NCBI GenBank assembly: GCA_964596875.1 | Contig: CAZQVT010000002.1 | Location: forward strand, 5,508 to 69,507 | Length of the DNA stretch: 64,000 nt | Direction of reading: 5' to 3' | Source: an uncultured Candidatus Saccharibacteria bacterium | GTDB taxonomy: Bacteria; Patescibacteriota; Minisyncoccia; Phycocordibacterales; DATDWN01 | Shown here: positions 30,417-39,891 of the stretch, piece by piece | How positions within the stretch are numbered: the stretch's first letter is position 1 | Layout of the letters: each line of letters begins with the position of its first letter | Position numbers and translations under genes: made by a program | The notes under the pieces: model-generated | Told to the model about the DNA's origin: nothing | What the model saw: the letters and a program-made list of their open reading frames with translations, nothing else | Databases searched by the model: none

Positions 30417-31958
30417 ATATTTCTTAGGCCTGTACTGTAGAGCTTCTAGGATGTGTCTTTCTTCGATCTCCTTACTTTCGTCTAAGTCTGCTATAGTTCT
30501 AGCAAGTTTTATGATACGGTGGTAAGAACGTGCGGATAGATCTAGTTTTTTGGCAGATTCGTTCAGAAGATTTTTGAGGTTCTCTGATATTTTTACAGTA
30601 TTTACCAAATCCTTTGAAGAAAGTTCGGCGTTTGTTTTTATTTTTAGGTCCTTGAATCTGTTTTCTTGTATTTGTCTTGCAGTTTCTACTCTCGGTTTTA
30701 TTTTTTCTGTACCTTCATGTTTGTCCCTTCCCTCAGTTAGTTTTTCGTACTCTACTTTTGAAACTTCCACCCACATGTCGATCCTGTCCATTATCGGTCC
30801 AGAAAGTTTTCGTTTGTATTTTTCTATTGCGATAGCAGAACAAACGCATTCCTTACCTTTTGTTCCCAGGTTACCGCATGGACAAGGGTTCATAGTGGCA
30901 ATTAGTATAAAATGTGCCGGATACCTAACACTTCCTTTTGCTCGAGATATTGTAACTACTCTGTCTTCTAGAGGTTGTCTCAAGCTTTCCAAAACTTTTT
31001 TATCAAACTCTGGAAACTCATCCATAAAAAGTACACCTTTGTGCGCCAAAGTCACTTCTCCAGGTTTTAAATTGCTTCCTCCACCAACAAGAGAAACATA
31101 CGATGCGGTATGATGCGGAGATCTAAACGGAGGTTCGCTGATAAGGTCGTCCAAAAGCATTCCGCCTATAGAATATATAGAAGTAACTTCTAGTTTTTCA
31201 TCAAAAGAAAGACTTGGAAGCAAATGTGAAAATGCTTTAGCAAGCATCGTTTTACCAGTGCCTGGTGGTCCGTACATTATTATGTTGTGCCCACCAGCGG
31301 CAGCAATCTCTAGTCCCCTTTTCGCTGACTCCTGACCCTTGATATCAGAAAAATCCACCTCTACTTCTTTTGTTATATTTTCTTTTTCCTTTCGAACATG
31401 AAGTTCGATTTTTTCAGAAGTAAAATTTTCATCAGGAATTACTTTAGTGTTTATGTGTTTTACAACTTCTAGCAAACTACCAGCGCCGTAAATTTCTAAG
31501 CCCTCTATGTTGCTTGCCTCATCTGCGTTTTCTTTTGGTAAAAATATTTCTTTGAAACCTTCCTTTTTTGCTTTTTGAACTATTGGGAGAACACCTTTTA
31601 CTGAACGAAGTTTTCCATCCAATGATAGTTCACCAATAAAAAGTCTGTTTTCTGTTTCTGCCTGTATTTCTTCACTAGCAATAAGGTATGCAAGTGCAAT
31701 AGGTAGGTCAAAAATAGGACCCTCCTTTTTTATGTCAGCAGGAGCGAGAGACACCACTATCTTTTGGTTTTTGTTTTTAGGAGACTTCCATCCAGAGTTT
31801 TTTATTGCAGAAGAAACTCTATCTTTTGCTTCATCTACCGACTTATCTCCCAGTCCTACTATAGAAAAAGAGTGGAGCCCTCGAGAGAGATCCACCTCCA
31901 ATTCTATTATTTGGGCTGAAAGTAGTGTTGCTTGAGCTGAAAAGATTTTAGCTACCAT
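30414..31958 (-). CDS. comM: ComM/YifB Mg-chelatase-like AAA+ ATPase
   Basis: GPPGTGKT, PFRSPHH, LAHKGVLFMDE, NPCPCG. Confidence 0.92.
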   Translation of the reverse strand: MVAKIFSAQATLLSAQIIELEVDLSRGLHSFSIVGLGDKSVDEAKDRVSSAIKNSGWKSPKNKNQKIVVSLAPADIKKEGPIFDLPIALAYLIASEEIQAETENRLFIGELSLDGKLRSVKGVLPIVQKAKKEGFKEIFLPKENADEASNIEGLEIYGAGSLLEVVKHINTKVIPDENFTSEKIELHVRKEKENITKEVEVDFSDIKGQESAKRGLEIAAAGGHNIIMYGPPGTGKTMLAKAFSHLLPSLSFDEKLEVTSIYSIGGMLLDDLISEPPFRSPHHTASYVSLVGGGSNLKPGEVTLAHKGVLFMDEFPEFDKKVLESLRQPLEDRVVTISRAKGSVRYPAHFILIATMNPCPCGNLGTKGKECVCSAIAIEKYKRKLSGPIMDRIDMWVEVSKVEYEKLTEGRDKHEGTEKIKPRVETARQIQENRFKDLKIKTNAELSSKDLVNTVKISENLKNLLNESAKKLDLSARSYHRIIKLARTIADLDESKEIEERHILEALQYRPKKY

Positions 31959-32037
31959 AGCCGGTAGTCTATGCCTATTTATCCAAAAGACAACTTCCCA
32001 AACACCTAATTCTGTGATTTTTTGTTTTTTACACCTA

Positions 32038-32397
32038 TTAGTTCATGTGCTCAACGCAAGTTGTAGCAGATGGGTTGGCATTTAGTCTGTCCTCTTCGAT
32101 TTCCTTGCCACATACAGTACATTTACCGTAGTTCCCTTCTTCTATTCTACTTAGGGCATTATTTACATTTCTCAGTTGGATTTCAAGTTGAGATAGTTGG
32201 GCGTCTTTGTTTTCATACTCCTCTATGGCATCTGCAACATCTAGTTCGTCTGCCTCGTCTACTGTGTCTTCTTTGCGGATAGTTTCCCAATCCCCTTTTT
32301 CATCAGGATTTTTTCTTCCCAAAATCTCTAGCTGTCCTACTAGATTTTTTGCTTCAGATTCCAAAAGGCTTTTAAAGTGATTTATGTCTATTGTCAT
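32038..32397 (-). CDS. TraR/DksA-family zinc finger protein
   Basis: DELDVAD coiled-coil tip; CTVC...RL.ANP...CVEH. Confidence 0.88.
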   Translation of the reverse strand: MTIDINHFKSLLESEAKNLVGQLEILGRKNPDEKGDWETIRKEDTVDEADELDVADAIEEYENKDAQLSQLEIQLRNVNNALSRIEEGNYGKCTVCGKEIEEDRLNANPSATTCVEHMN

Positions 32398-32437
32398 ATG
32401 GGCTTATTGTAGCAAACCTCACTTTGTATGCAATCGC

Positions 32438-33310
32438 CTATTTTACCTGCTTACTTATGATAAGTTTGCCCACTATCGCAGATAAAATGTTTTCATTTTT
32501 AGTAATAACTAGAGTCTTTTTGTCTATAAAACTATATAACAATACAGAGTTTCCAGAAGTATCTTTCAAAACCCGGATATCTCTATTTTTTATAGTTTCG
32601 TCAGTAAATAATTCTGAAGTTGTGCTTGCCTTGTCCGCATCAAATATTTCACCAAGGTCACTTACTATATTTTCCTCCCACTTAAGCATTCCTGGATACG
32701 AAAGAGTATAGTCATCTACAGAAAGAATAATAAAAGGTTCGTTTGTGTCATATGAATATATGCCCAGCATGTATTCCCCCTTGAAAGATCTTTGTAATGA
32801 TGGAGGCATTTGAGGAGAAATAGTCTCAAGGAGTTCAGTCACAGATATAACGGAGTCATTTTTTGTAGTATTTAGATATAGAACAGAATTTACTGGAAGG
32901 TTGTTTTTCTTTCCATCAATAATTTTTTCAATCAGGTTTTTTCTGTTCTGGTTTTCAAAATCAATTTTTCTCTCTTCTGTGAAAGCAATCATTGCTTTTG
33001 TTTGTTTTTCGACTACAACTTTCTCTGTAGACTTCATGTAGTACAGTGTTGCCACTGAAACCAAACCAAGCACTATAAAAGTCACGCCAAACAAAATAAA
33101 AGTTTTGTTTCTGGCGTTTGAACTGCCTATTATCTCTGCGGACTCTTTTGCTAATACAGGGTTTTCAAGTTTTCTTTCCTGTTCTTTTACTAAAATAGTC
33201 GTTGAAGAATAGTTATTTTTAGAAATTGCCTCTTGTACGTCCCCTTGAAATGTTCGGAGCGATTTTATTGGAGTTCTTTCTTCTTTCTTTTTATTTTCTT
33301 CAGGATTCAT
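32438..33310 (-). CDS. Single-pass membrane hypothetical protein
   Basis: LRTFQGD N-terminal motif; one TM. Confidence 0.65.
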   Translation of the reverse strand: MNPEENKKKEERTPIKSLRTFQGDVQEAISKNNYSSTTILVKEQERKLENPVLAKESAEIIGSSNARNKTFILFGVTFIVLGLVSVATLYYMKSTEKVVVEKQTKAMIAFTEERKIDFENQNRKNLIEKIIDGKKNNLPVNSVLYLNTTKNDSVISVTELLETISPQMPPSLQRSFKGEYMLGIYSYDTNEPFIILSVDDYTLSYPGMLKWEENIVSDLGEIFDADKASTTSELFTDETIKNRDIRVLKDTSGNSVLLYSFIDKKTLVITKNENILSAIVGKLIISKQVK

Positions 33311-33471
33311 CCCGTTTGAGATAGGAAACCTATGGTTTCCGTATTTAAATTATGTCTAGTAAATTTTATTATCACTTGTTTAAGTTTTAATATACTTTTT
33401 AAACATAAACCACGTAATCTCTTACGGGATTCATTTTGTATAATTGTAACAAAATCCTAACGAATTAAAAA

Positions 33472-34023
33472 CTATTTTTGTATGTTTCTGGGAACTCGTC
33501 TTCTTTTGTTTGAGTTGAAAACCATAAGATATTTTTCTGGAGTTTCGTCTAGATCGATGAACTCATCACAAGTTTCTATAAGTTTACTCGAAGAAGATTT
33601 ACCGAAGGACATAACTTCTACCTGACATCCTTCGTGAACCTGTAGGTATTCTACAAGAGGTACAAAATCTCCATCCCCTGTTACCAAAATAACCGCATCA
33701 AGTTTTGGTGCGAGTTTTATTGCATCAACAGCGAGCCCCACATCCCAGTCGGCCTTTTTACTCCCTCCCGCAAATATTTGTAGGTTTTTTGTTTTGGTTT
33801 CAATTCCCATTTTACCAAGGGCCTCGAAAAAGTTTTTCTCGTCCCCTGCTTCTGTGGTTATCACATATGCTACTGCACGAATAAGTTGCCTTCCAGCCAA
33901 ACCATCTTTCACTACTTCCCCAAAGTTTACTCTGGTGTTGTAAATGTTTTTTGCTGAATGATAAAGATTTTGTGTATCTATAAAAATACCAACTCTCTGG
34001 TCTTTGTGTTTTATTACTGACAT
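33472..34023 (-). CDS. NYN-domain (LabA/DUF88) protein
   Basis: FIDTQNLY, DVGLAVD, TGDGDF. Confidence 0.9.
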   Translation of the reverse strand: MSVIKHKDQRVGIFIDTQNLYHSAKNIYNTRVNFGEVVKDGLAGRQLIRAVAYVITTEAGDEKNFFEALGKMGIETKTKNLQIFAGGSKKADWDVGLAVDAIKLAPKLDAVILVTGDGDFVPLVEYLQVHEGCQVEVMSFGKSSSSKLIETCDEFIDLDETPEKYLMVFNSNKRRRVPRNIQK

Positions 34024-34120
34024 TTAAATATAAAAATTAACTAATAAAATAAAATATTAAAATAAAGTAAACCCATAAATAAGTATACACTATTAAAAAT
34101 AACAATACTTACAATAAGTA

Positions 34121-34231
34121 AATTAAATTGCTTTAGATACGAGGCGTATGAGTTTTTGAGAACGAGCCTTACATGTAGTAAGGTGAGTGAGCAAAAATGA
34201 AATACAACAAAGTAGATGAAGTAATTTTATT
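34121..34231 (-). repeat. ~120-bp palindromic element copy E3 (after rpsO stop)
   Basis: Shares AAATTGCTTTAGATAC, GAGCCTTAC..GTAAGGTGAGTGA and CAACAAAGTAGATGAAGTAATTTTA with E1. Confidence 0.9.
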
Positions 34232-34497
34232 TACTTCTTAAGACCAAGTTTCTTAGTAAGAGAGTTGTATCTCTTAGGATTTTTCTTCTCCAAATACTTC
34301 ATGTGAGTCTTTCTAGTAGCAACCATTTGTAGTAGACCACGTCTTGAATGGTTATCCTTAGCGTTTTTCTTAAGGTGGCTTGCCAACTCGTCAATTCTTT
34401 TACTCAAAATAGCGATCTGTACCTCTGGAGAACCAGTGTCAGTTGCATGAACTTGTACTTCTTTGACGATTTTTGTTTTCTTTGTCTTTGTAAGCAT
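34231..34497 (-). CDS. rpsO: 30S ribosomal protein S15
   Basis: DTGSPEVQIAIL, KDNHSRRGLL. Confidence 0.97.
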   Translation of the reverse strand: MLTKTKKTKIVKEVQVHATDTGSPEVQIAILSKRIDELASHLKKNAKDNHSRRGLLQMVATRKTHMKYLEKKNPKRYNSLTKKLGLKK

Positions 34498-34584
34498 TGT
34501 TCCAATAAGATATCACATAATATAGCCATTTGCAAGTCCTAAAACACCCCCTTTTCACTACCCCAATTTGTACCCTAAAAAATA

Positions 34585-34667
34585 TTTTGCGACCACATTT
34601 AGTGTCGTAAAATATTTTTAGGTTATGCGACAAGTAATCTTGTTGTATAACCTATATTGTGCGACAT
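34585..34667. promoter_or_regulatory. Two tandem 11-6-11 inverted-repeat (dif-like) sites plus a half site
   Basis: TTTTGCGACCA-CATTTA-GTGTCGTAAAA; TTATGCGACAA-GTAATC-TTGTTGTATAA; TTGTGCGACAT next to -10 TATAAT. Confidence 0.6.
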
Positions 34668-34682
34668 GGTATAATCTTAAAT

Positions 34683-35630
34683 ATGGCTTCGCTAAAACAA
34701 CTTAAACAGCAATTTTTAGAATATATTGAAATAGAAAGAGGCAGATCTTTAAAAACTGTTGAAAATTATGATCACTACATAGGTCGTTTTCTGGAGTTTA
34801 CTAAGAATGACAACCCTGGGAATATAACTGACCAGTCTGTAAGGGAGTTTAGACTGTGGTTGAACAGACAAACTACAGGAGATAAGAGAAAACCAAACGA
34901 AACTTTGTCTAAAAAAACTCAGAATTATTACCTTATTGCCCTAAGGGCGTTCCTAAAATACCTTGCTCGTCAGGAAGTAAAGTCATTGCCTGCAGAAAGG
35001 ATAGAGTTGGCCAAAGTCGGCGAAAGGTCACTAGATCTAATAACTGAAACTGAACTTGGAAGACTTTTAGACTCACCACAAGGTAGCGACATAAAAGATT
35101 TGCGTGACAGAGCAATACTAGAACTGCTTTTTTCAACTGGTCTGCGTGTTTCTGAACTTTGTGCACTTACGGCAGATATAGATCTAAACTCTGATGAACT
35201 TTCTGTTAGAGGAAAAGGAGGTAAGGTTAGAGTGGTTTTTCTATCTGATACAGCAAAAAAGGCAGTTAGGGACTATTTAACAAAGCGAAAAGACTTCAAC
35301 GAGGCACTTTTTGTTCAGTCTGGTGTAGAAGTTAGAAAAAAGAAGGAAGATAAAGACAAAAAAAATAAAAATACTCTTGAAACCGGTGCATTAACGAAAA
35401 GATCCATAGAGAGAATAGTAAAGCAACATGCTATAAAGGCGGGTATCTCAAAAAAAGTTACTCCCCACACCATTCGTCACCTATTTGCTACAGGGCTTCT
35501 TTCAAACGGAGCAGATATTCGTTCTGTACAGGCTATGCTGGGTCACTCTAGTATTATCACTACACAGATTTATACACACGTTACTGACAAACATTTACGC
35601 GATACCCACAAAAAATTTCATAAAAGATAG
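34683..35630 (+). CDS. XerC/XerD-family tyrosine recombinase
   Basis: STGLRVSEL, GKGGKVR, HTIRH, LGHS, TQIY. Confidence 0.93.
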   Translation: MASLKQLKQQFLEYIEIERGRSLKTVENYDHYIGRFLEFTKNDNPGNITDQSVREFRLWLNRQTTGDKRKPNETLSKKTQNYYLIALRAFLKYLARQEVKSLPAERIELAKVGERSLDLITETELGRLLDSPQGSDIKDLRDRAILELLFSTGLRVSELCALTADIDLNSDELSVRGKGGKVRVVFLSDTAKKAVRDYLTKRKDFNEALFVQSGVEVRKKKEDKDKKNKNTLETGALTKRSIERIVKQHAIKAGISKKVTPHTIRHLFATGLLSNGADIRSVQAMLGHSSIITTQIYTHVTDKHLRDTHKKFHKR

Positions 35631-35747
35631 CAAAACTAACTCATCTGCGTTGTTGGACTTCGATAAAATATTTCTCACCTTATTTTAATAAGGCTCGAAT
35701 TATTTTACTCGTCCGCCTAGCATCTAAGTCAGTTTTGCTATCTTTTA
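35621..35747 (+). repeat. ~120-bp palindromic element copy E4 (overlaps xer stop)
   Basis: 17-bp terminal IR TAAAAGATAGCAAAACT; TCATCT..TTGTTG; CACCTTA/TAAGGCT. Confidence 0.8.
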
Positions 35748-35780
35748 TTTGAAATTTTGGTTTTATGTTATATTTTATTT

Positions 35781-36575
35781 ATGAAAATTATCTCTTGGAA
35801 TGTAAATGGCATAAGAGCAGTGCACAAAAAAGGTTTACTTGTTCCCTTTCTGGCTGAATACAAACCAGATATGTTCTGTATTCAAGAAACAAAAGCACAA
35901 CAAGACCAAAGTGAAGTGGACTTGAAAGAATATGAGGAGTATTGGAATTCTGCAGTAAAAAAAGGCTACAGCGGTACTGCAATTTTTACAAAAGAGAAGC
36001 CTATTTGTGTAAGTTTAAATTTTCCAGAGAAAATCGCTAAAAAATACAAATTTTCTGATAAATACGGGGATACAAATACAGAAGGGAGAATAGTATGTGC
36101 TGAATACAAAAAGTTCTACCTTGTTACGGTCTATACTCCAAACGCTAAAGACGATTTAACTCGCGTCCCAATGAGACACAAGTCATGGGACCCTGCTTTT
36201 CTAGAGTACATGAAGGATTTGGAGAAAAATAAACCAGTAATATTTTGTGGAGACCTAAATGTTGCACATACAGCAGATGATCTGGCAAGACCAAAGGAAA
36301 ATGTGGGTAAAAAAGGTTTTACAGACGAGGAAAGAGAGGGTATTGAAAAATATATACAAGCAGGATTTGTAGATACACTTAGACTATTTAAAAAAGGAAA
36401 CGGTTTTTATACATGGTGGAGTCACTTTGGTGGAGCAAGAGCAAGAAACGTGGGTTGGAGAATAGATTATATTTTTATAAGTGAGAAAATTGTGAGTAAG
36501 GTAAAAAAAGCAGAAATACATCCTGACATTTTAGGTTCAGATCACTGCCCTGTTTCAATTGAAATAGATTTATAA
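35781..36575 (+). CDS. xth: Exodeoxyribonuclease III
   Basis: SWNVNG, QETK, GDLNVAH, GWRIDY, SDHCP. Confidence 0.95.
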   Translation: MKIISWNVNGIRAVHKKGLLVPFLAEYKPDMFCIQETKAQQDQSEVDLKEYEEYWNSAVKKGYSGTAIFTKEKPICVSLNFPEKIAKKYKFSDKYGDTNTEGRIVCAEYKKFYLVTVYTPNAKDDLTRVPMRHKSWDPAFLEYMKDLEKNKPVIFCGDLNVAHTADDLARPKENVGKKGFTDEEREGIEKYIQAGFVDTLRLFKKGNGFYTWWSHFGGARARNVGWRIDYIFISEKIVSKVKKAEIHPDILGSDHCPVSIEIDL

Positions 36576-36643
36576 AAATAGTTTTCCACAGTTTTGGTAG
36601 GTGTGTCCTTTACACATTTTTCTAAAAGACTTAAACTAATTAA

Positions 36644-36933
36644 GGAAACGCAATTAGAGTGTCCGATATGATAAACCCCGTACCGTGCACGACATTTGTA
36701 ATTTTGTTCTTTGTCGCGCGCCCATTTTGGGAGTCGGCCGACTCCCCTCTTAGAAGACCACTTGGTTTCCAATCAAGACGTAGGTGTAAACGAACCCTCA
36801 CTATCTACTTATTTTTTGGAGTTCAGTTACAACATCTAACTTCACGGATGCTGCGTGGGTCTTCTCCACAAACCGCTCAATGAATAGTGCCCGTAATTCC
36901 AACCTACGGACCCTGCTTATTGGGCGGTTTTTT
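36644..36933 (+). ncRNA. Candidate unclassified structured ncRNA
   Basis: TTTACA-17-TAAACT promoter; GC-elevated with several helices; ends in a long hairpin plus T-tract; no credible ORF. Confidence 0.5.
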
Positions 36934-36938
36934 AATTG

Positions 36939-37063
36939 TTCAAACCATAGATTTTGCCAATCTCATCTTCTAAATTTTAAAAATGCTCGTCACCTTACTA
37001 AGTGTAAGGCTTCTCTCATTTTAAAAATTTATAAGCGACCTTGTCTAAAATCTTCGGTTTGAA
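36939..37063 (+). repeat. ~120-bp palindromic element copy E5
   Basis: GCCAATCTCATC / GCGACCTTGTCT; CACCTTAC/GTAAGGCT. Confidence 0.85.
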
Positions 37064-37064
37064 T

Positions 37065-38534
37065 TTATTTTACTTTGTGAGATGAGCGGATTTTCTTTAT
37101 TTCCTCTTCATCTGCTTCCTCCTTAGACATTTTTCCTGCCTCTCCTAGTTGTTTTAACTCATTTTCGGGAAGTTTTATTAGTTCAATAGCTTTATTTTCC
37201 AAATATTCCTCAGTATTTTTAGTTGGGTCCTCCAAAACTTCCTCTAAAAGTGTATGCAAAACAAAACCAATTTTTGGTCCTGGAGTAATTTTTGTAATTC
37301 CCATAATTTTTTTACCATCAATCTTAAGCATTGAGACAGAAATTGGGTCACGAAGTGCTTCTTCAATCATTGAATGATATTTTCGGAGACGGTATGGGTC
37401 TTCTTTGGGTCTACCAGCCCCTATACGGTCGCATATGCGTAGATTCATCAAATCCCAGATATTCTCCCGTCCAACATTTACGATCATTCTACGGACCGCT
37501 GAGAGGCTAATTTGCTCTGTGTCAGAAAAAAACATATGCCAGCGAATCATAGACACAACTTTTTCAATAATTTTCGTTGGATATTTTAATTTTTCAAGAA
37601 TTTTTTTAGTTTTTCTTGCTCCAAGCACTTCGTGACCAAAAAAAGTCCATTGTTTATTCTTTCCCCCACCCCTTCTTGTTTCCGGTTTTGAAATATCATG
37701 AAAAAGTGCTGAAAGCCTTATCTCTAGAGGGTATTCTTTATCAGCAGAGTGCTGTAGTGACCTAAGTAAATGCTCCCAAACGTCATAAGCGTGTATTCCT
37801 CCTTGCTCTACCCCAATAGTTTCTTCAAGTTCAGGAACAACATGTTTCAAAATCCCCAACTTTCTCATAGTAACTAAGCCATACATTGGTTTTTTTGACA
37901 TTACTATCTTTGAAAATTCATCTCTTATTCTCTCCTTGGATATTTTTTCGAGTAAATTAACGTTTTCTACTATCGCCTTCTCTGTTTCGGGGGCAATTTC
38001 AAAATCCAACTCAGTACTAAGTCGCACTGCTCTCATTATTCTCAAGCCATCCTCCCGAAATCTTAGTTCAGCCTCCCCCACTGTTCTGATCACCTTGTCT
38101 TTTATATCTTGTTCTCCGTTGTAAAGGTCAATAATCCTCTTTTCAGAGACATTATATGCTAGTGAGTTAACCGTTAAGTCCCTTCTTTTAAGATCATCCT
38201 CTATTTTTTGGCTAAAAATAACAGTATCTGGGTGACGATTATCAGAATACTCCCCTTCTAGTCTATATGGAGTCACTTCTACAACTCTTAATGACTCATT
38301 TTCTGTCTCAACCTTAACACCAACTGTTCCAAACGTGTTTTCATAGAATGATTCAGGGAAAATTTTAATAATTTCCTCTGGGGTGGCATTTGTAGTGATA
38401 TCCCAGTCCTTTGGTTCCCTACCTATAACCATGTCTCGTACACATCCACCAACCAAAAAAGCCTCAAAACCTGCATTTTCGAGGGATTGAGTTAATTCTA
38501 CTACTTCTTTTGGTATAGAGAATTCTTTATTCAT
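37065..38534 (-). CDS. cca: CCA tRNA nucleotidyltransferase with HD domain
   Basis: LVGGCVRD, DWDITT, RRDLTVN, EDGLRIMR, FHDISK. Confidence 0.9.
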   Translation of the reverse strand: MNKEFSIPKEVVELTQSLENAGFEAFLVGGCVRDMVIGREPKDWDITTNATPEEIIKIFPESFYENTFGTVGVKVETENESLRVVEVTPYRLEGEYSDNRHPDTVIFSQKIEDDLKRRDLTVNSLAYNVSEKRIIDLYNGEQDIKDKVIRTVGEAELRFREDGLRIMRAVRLSTELDFEIAPETEKAIVENVNLLEKISKERIRDEFSKIVMSKKPMYGLVTMRKLGILKHVVPELEETIGVEQGGIHAYDVWEHLLRSLQHSADKEYPLEIRLSALFHDISKPETRRGGGKNKQWTFFGHEVLGARKTKKILEKLKYPTKIIEKVVSMIRWHMFFSDTEQISLSAVRRMIVNVGRENIWDLMNLRICDRIGAGRPKEDPYRLRKYHSMIEEALRDPISVSMLKIDGKKIMGITKITPGPKIGFVLHTLLEEVLEDPTKNTEEYLENKAIELIKLPENELKQLGEAGKMSKEEADEEEIKKIRSSHKVK

Positions 38535-38650
38535 TTATTTTGTGGTCAGGAGTCTTTTTCTGGTGAAAAAGCTCACGACCCTGACTCGCGCCGACGCGTT
38601 CCGTCTAGCACAAGTCTCTAAAAATTAATAATATTAATTTTTCTCGCTAG

Positions 38651-38722
38651 TGCTCCCGGCAGGAATCGAACCCACATCCACGGTTCCGAAGACCGGTACT
38701 CTATCCGTTGAGCTACGGGAGC
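38651..38722 (-). tRNA. tRNA-Arg(TCG)
   Basis: GCTCCCG acceptor; anticodon loop CT-TCG-GA; GGTTCGATTCC; no encoded CCA. Confidence 0.92.
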
Positions 38723-38914
38723 AATACTTAATGTTAACACGAACGTTCTACTTGTGGAATCTCCCTCGACTCATGGTTTTATCGTCAAAAACCATGGTCT
38801 GGGCACCGGCTCAGCTTCGTGCCTTGCTAGGCACTCATTGCTTCCGCCGTTCGATTCCCTATGCAAAAGCACGCTTTTGCATTACCCGCACAAATTTTGC
38901 GGAGCCAAATTCTG

Positions 38915-38985
38915 TGCGGGTACCGGGAATCGAACCCGAATCTCGTCCTTGGCAAGGACGTGTTCTACCATTAAACCATACCCGC
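38915..38985 (-). tRNA. tRNA-Gly(GCC)
   Basis: GCGGGTA acceptor; CGTCC-TT-GCC-AA-GGACG; GGTTCGATTCC. Confidence 0.95.
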
Positions 38986-39223
38986 AATAATTTAATAATC
39001 TACATCATATAACAAAGTCATTAAAATTAAAAGAGCCTAGGTTATTAGACGTCTTATTCATAAAATGTGGATAACTATGGGGACATGTGAATTAAGGACA
39101 AGTCTTTAAAATAAGGCCATTTTGCGTATCATTTTGTCTGCATGGATTAAATATGGCTTAAAATAAGGATATTTTTAATTCGACATGGCCTATAAGTGTC
39201 TGTTTTTTATGCCTTTTAGTAAA

Positions 39224-39565
39224 TGTTTCACGTGAAATGTAAGTTTTGTTATACATGAAACACCTCTTATCCTGACTATGGGAGGGTTGCACGTGTAACC
39301 TTATTTACTAAATATCAAAGAGGTGTATATTTTGTCTATGTATAACAAGAACTTCACCAAAGAGCCGACAGATAAGCAGAAGATTGGACAGATAGGGGAA
39401 GACCTTGCTTCTGAGCATCTTAAGGATAGTGGGTTTCAGGTAGTGGATAGAAACTATTTGAAGAAGTGGGGAGAGATAGATATTGTCGCTAAAAAAGGCC
39501 ACGTTTTGCATTTTGTTGAGGTTAAAACCGTTACAGAATACAGTAATTCTGTTACACATGTAACA
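39224..39565. promoter_or_regulatory. parS site cluster (4 sites)
   Basis: TGTTTCACGTGAAATG 39224, TGTTATACATGAAACA 39247, GGTTGCACGTGTAACC 39285, TGTTACACATGTAACA 39550. Confidence 0.7.
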
Positions 39566-39760
39566 GAAACAGGGGAGTTTAGGCCTGAAGACAATATGCA
39601 CCCTTGGAAATTGCAGAGACTTGGTAGGGCAGTACAGTCATATTTGTTAGAAAAAAATGTTTTAGATGAAACAGAATGGCAGTTTGATTTAGTTACGGTG
39701 TATCTAGATAAGGATAAAAGACTCAATAAAATTGAGTTGCTAGCAGATATTGTCCTATAA
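39323..39760 (+). CDS. yraN: YraN family (UPF0102) nuclease-like protein
   Basis: G..GE.LA, RNY....GEIDIVA, FVEVKT. Confidence 0.88.
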   Translation: MYILSMYNKNFTKEPTDKQKIGQIGEDLASEHLKDSGFQVVDRNYLKKWGEIDIVAKKGHVLHFVEVKTVTEYSNSVTHVTETGEFRPEDNMHPWKLQRLGRAVQSYLLEKNVLDETEWQFDLVTVYLDKDKRLNKIELLADIVL

Positions 39761-39812
39761 GGGTAGGGGTTTGTTAAACCGTAACTTTGTGATAGAGTTT
39801 AGATTGTGTTTT

Positions 39813-39885
39813 CGGAGTGTAGTGTAACGGCTAACATTCCTGTTTTGGGAACAGGCGACTCCGGGTTCGAATCCCGGCACTCCGA
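39813..39885 (+). tRNA. tRNA-Pro(TGG)
   Basis: CGGAGTG acceptor; CCTGT-TT-TGG-GA-ACAGG; GGTTCGAATCC. Confidence 0.95.
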
Positions 39886-39891
39886 CAATTT

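Noticed and set aside
36644-36933. tmRNA, RNase P RNA or SRP RNA
   Set aside because: No T-arm plus acceptor end or tag reading frame, no GAGGAAAGTC, and no SRP domain IV motif seen on either strand
38650-39012. ORFs 38650..39012 and 38754..38990 (likewise 42313..42519)
   Set aside because: They are antisense translations of tRNA genes and their trailers
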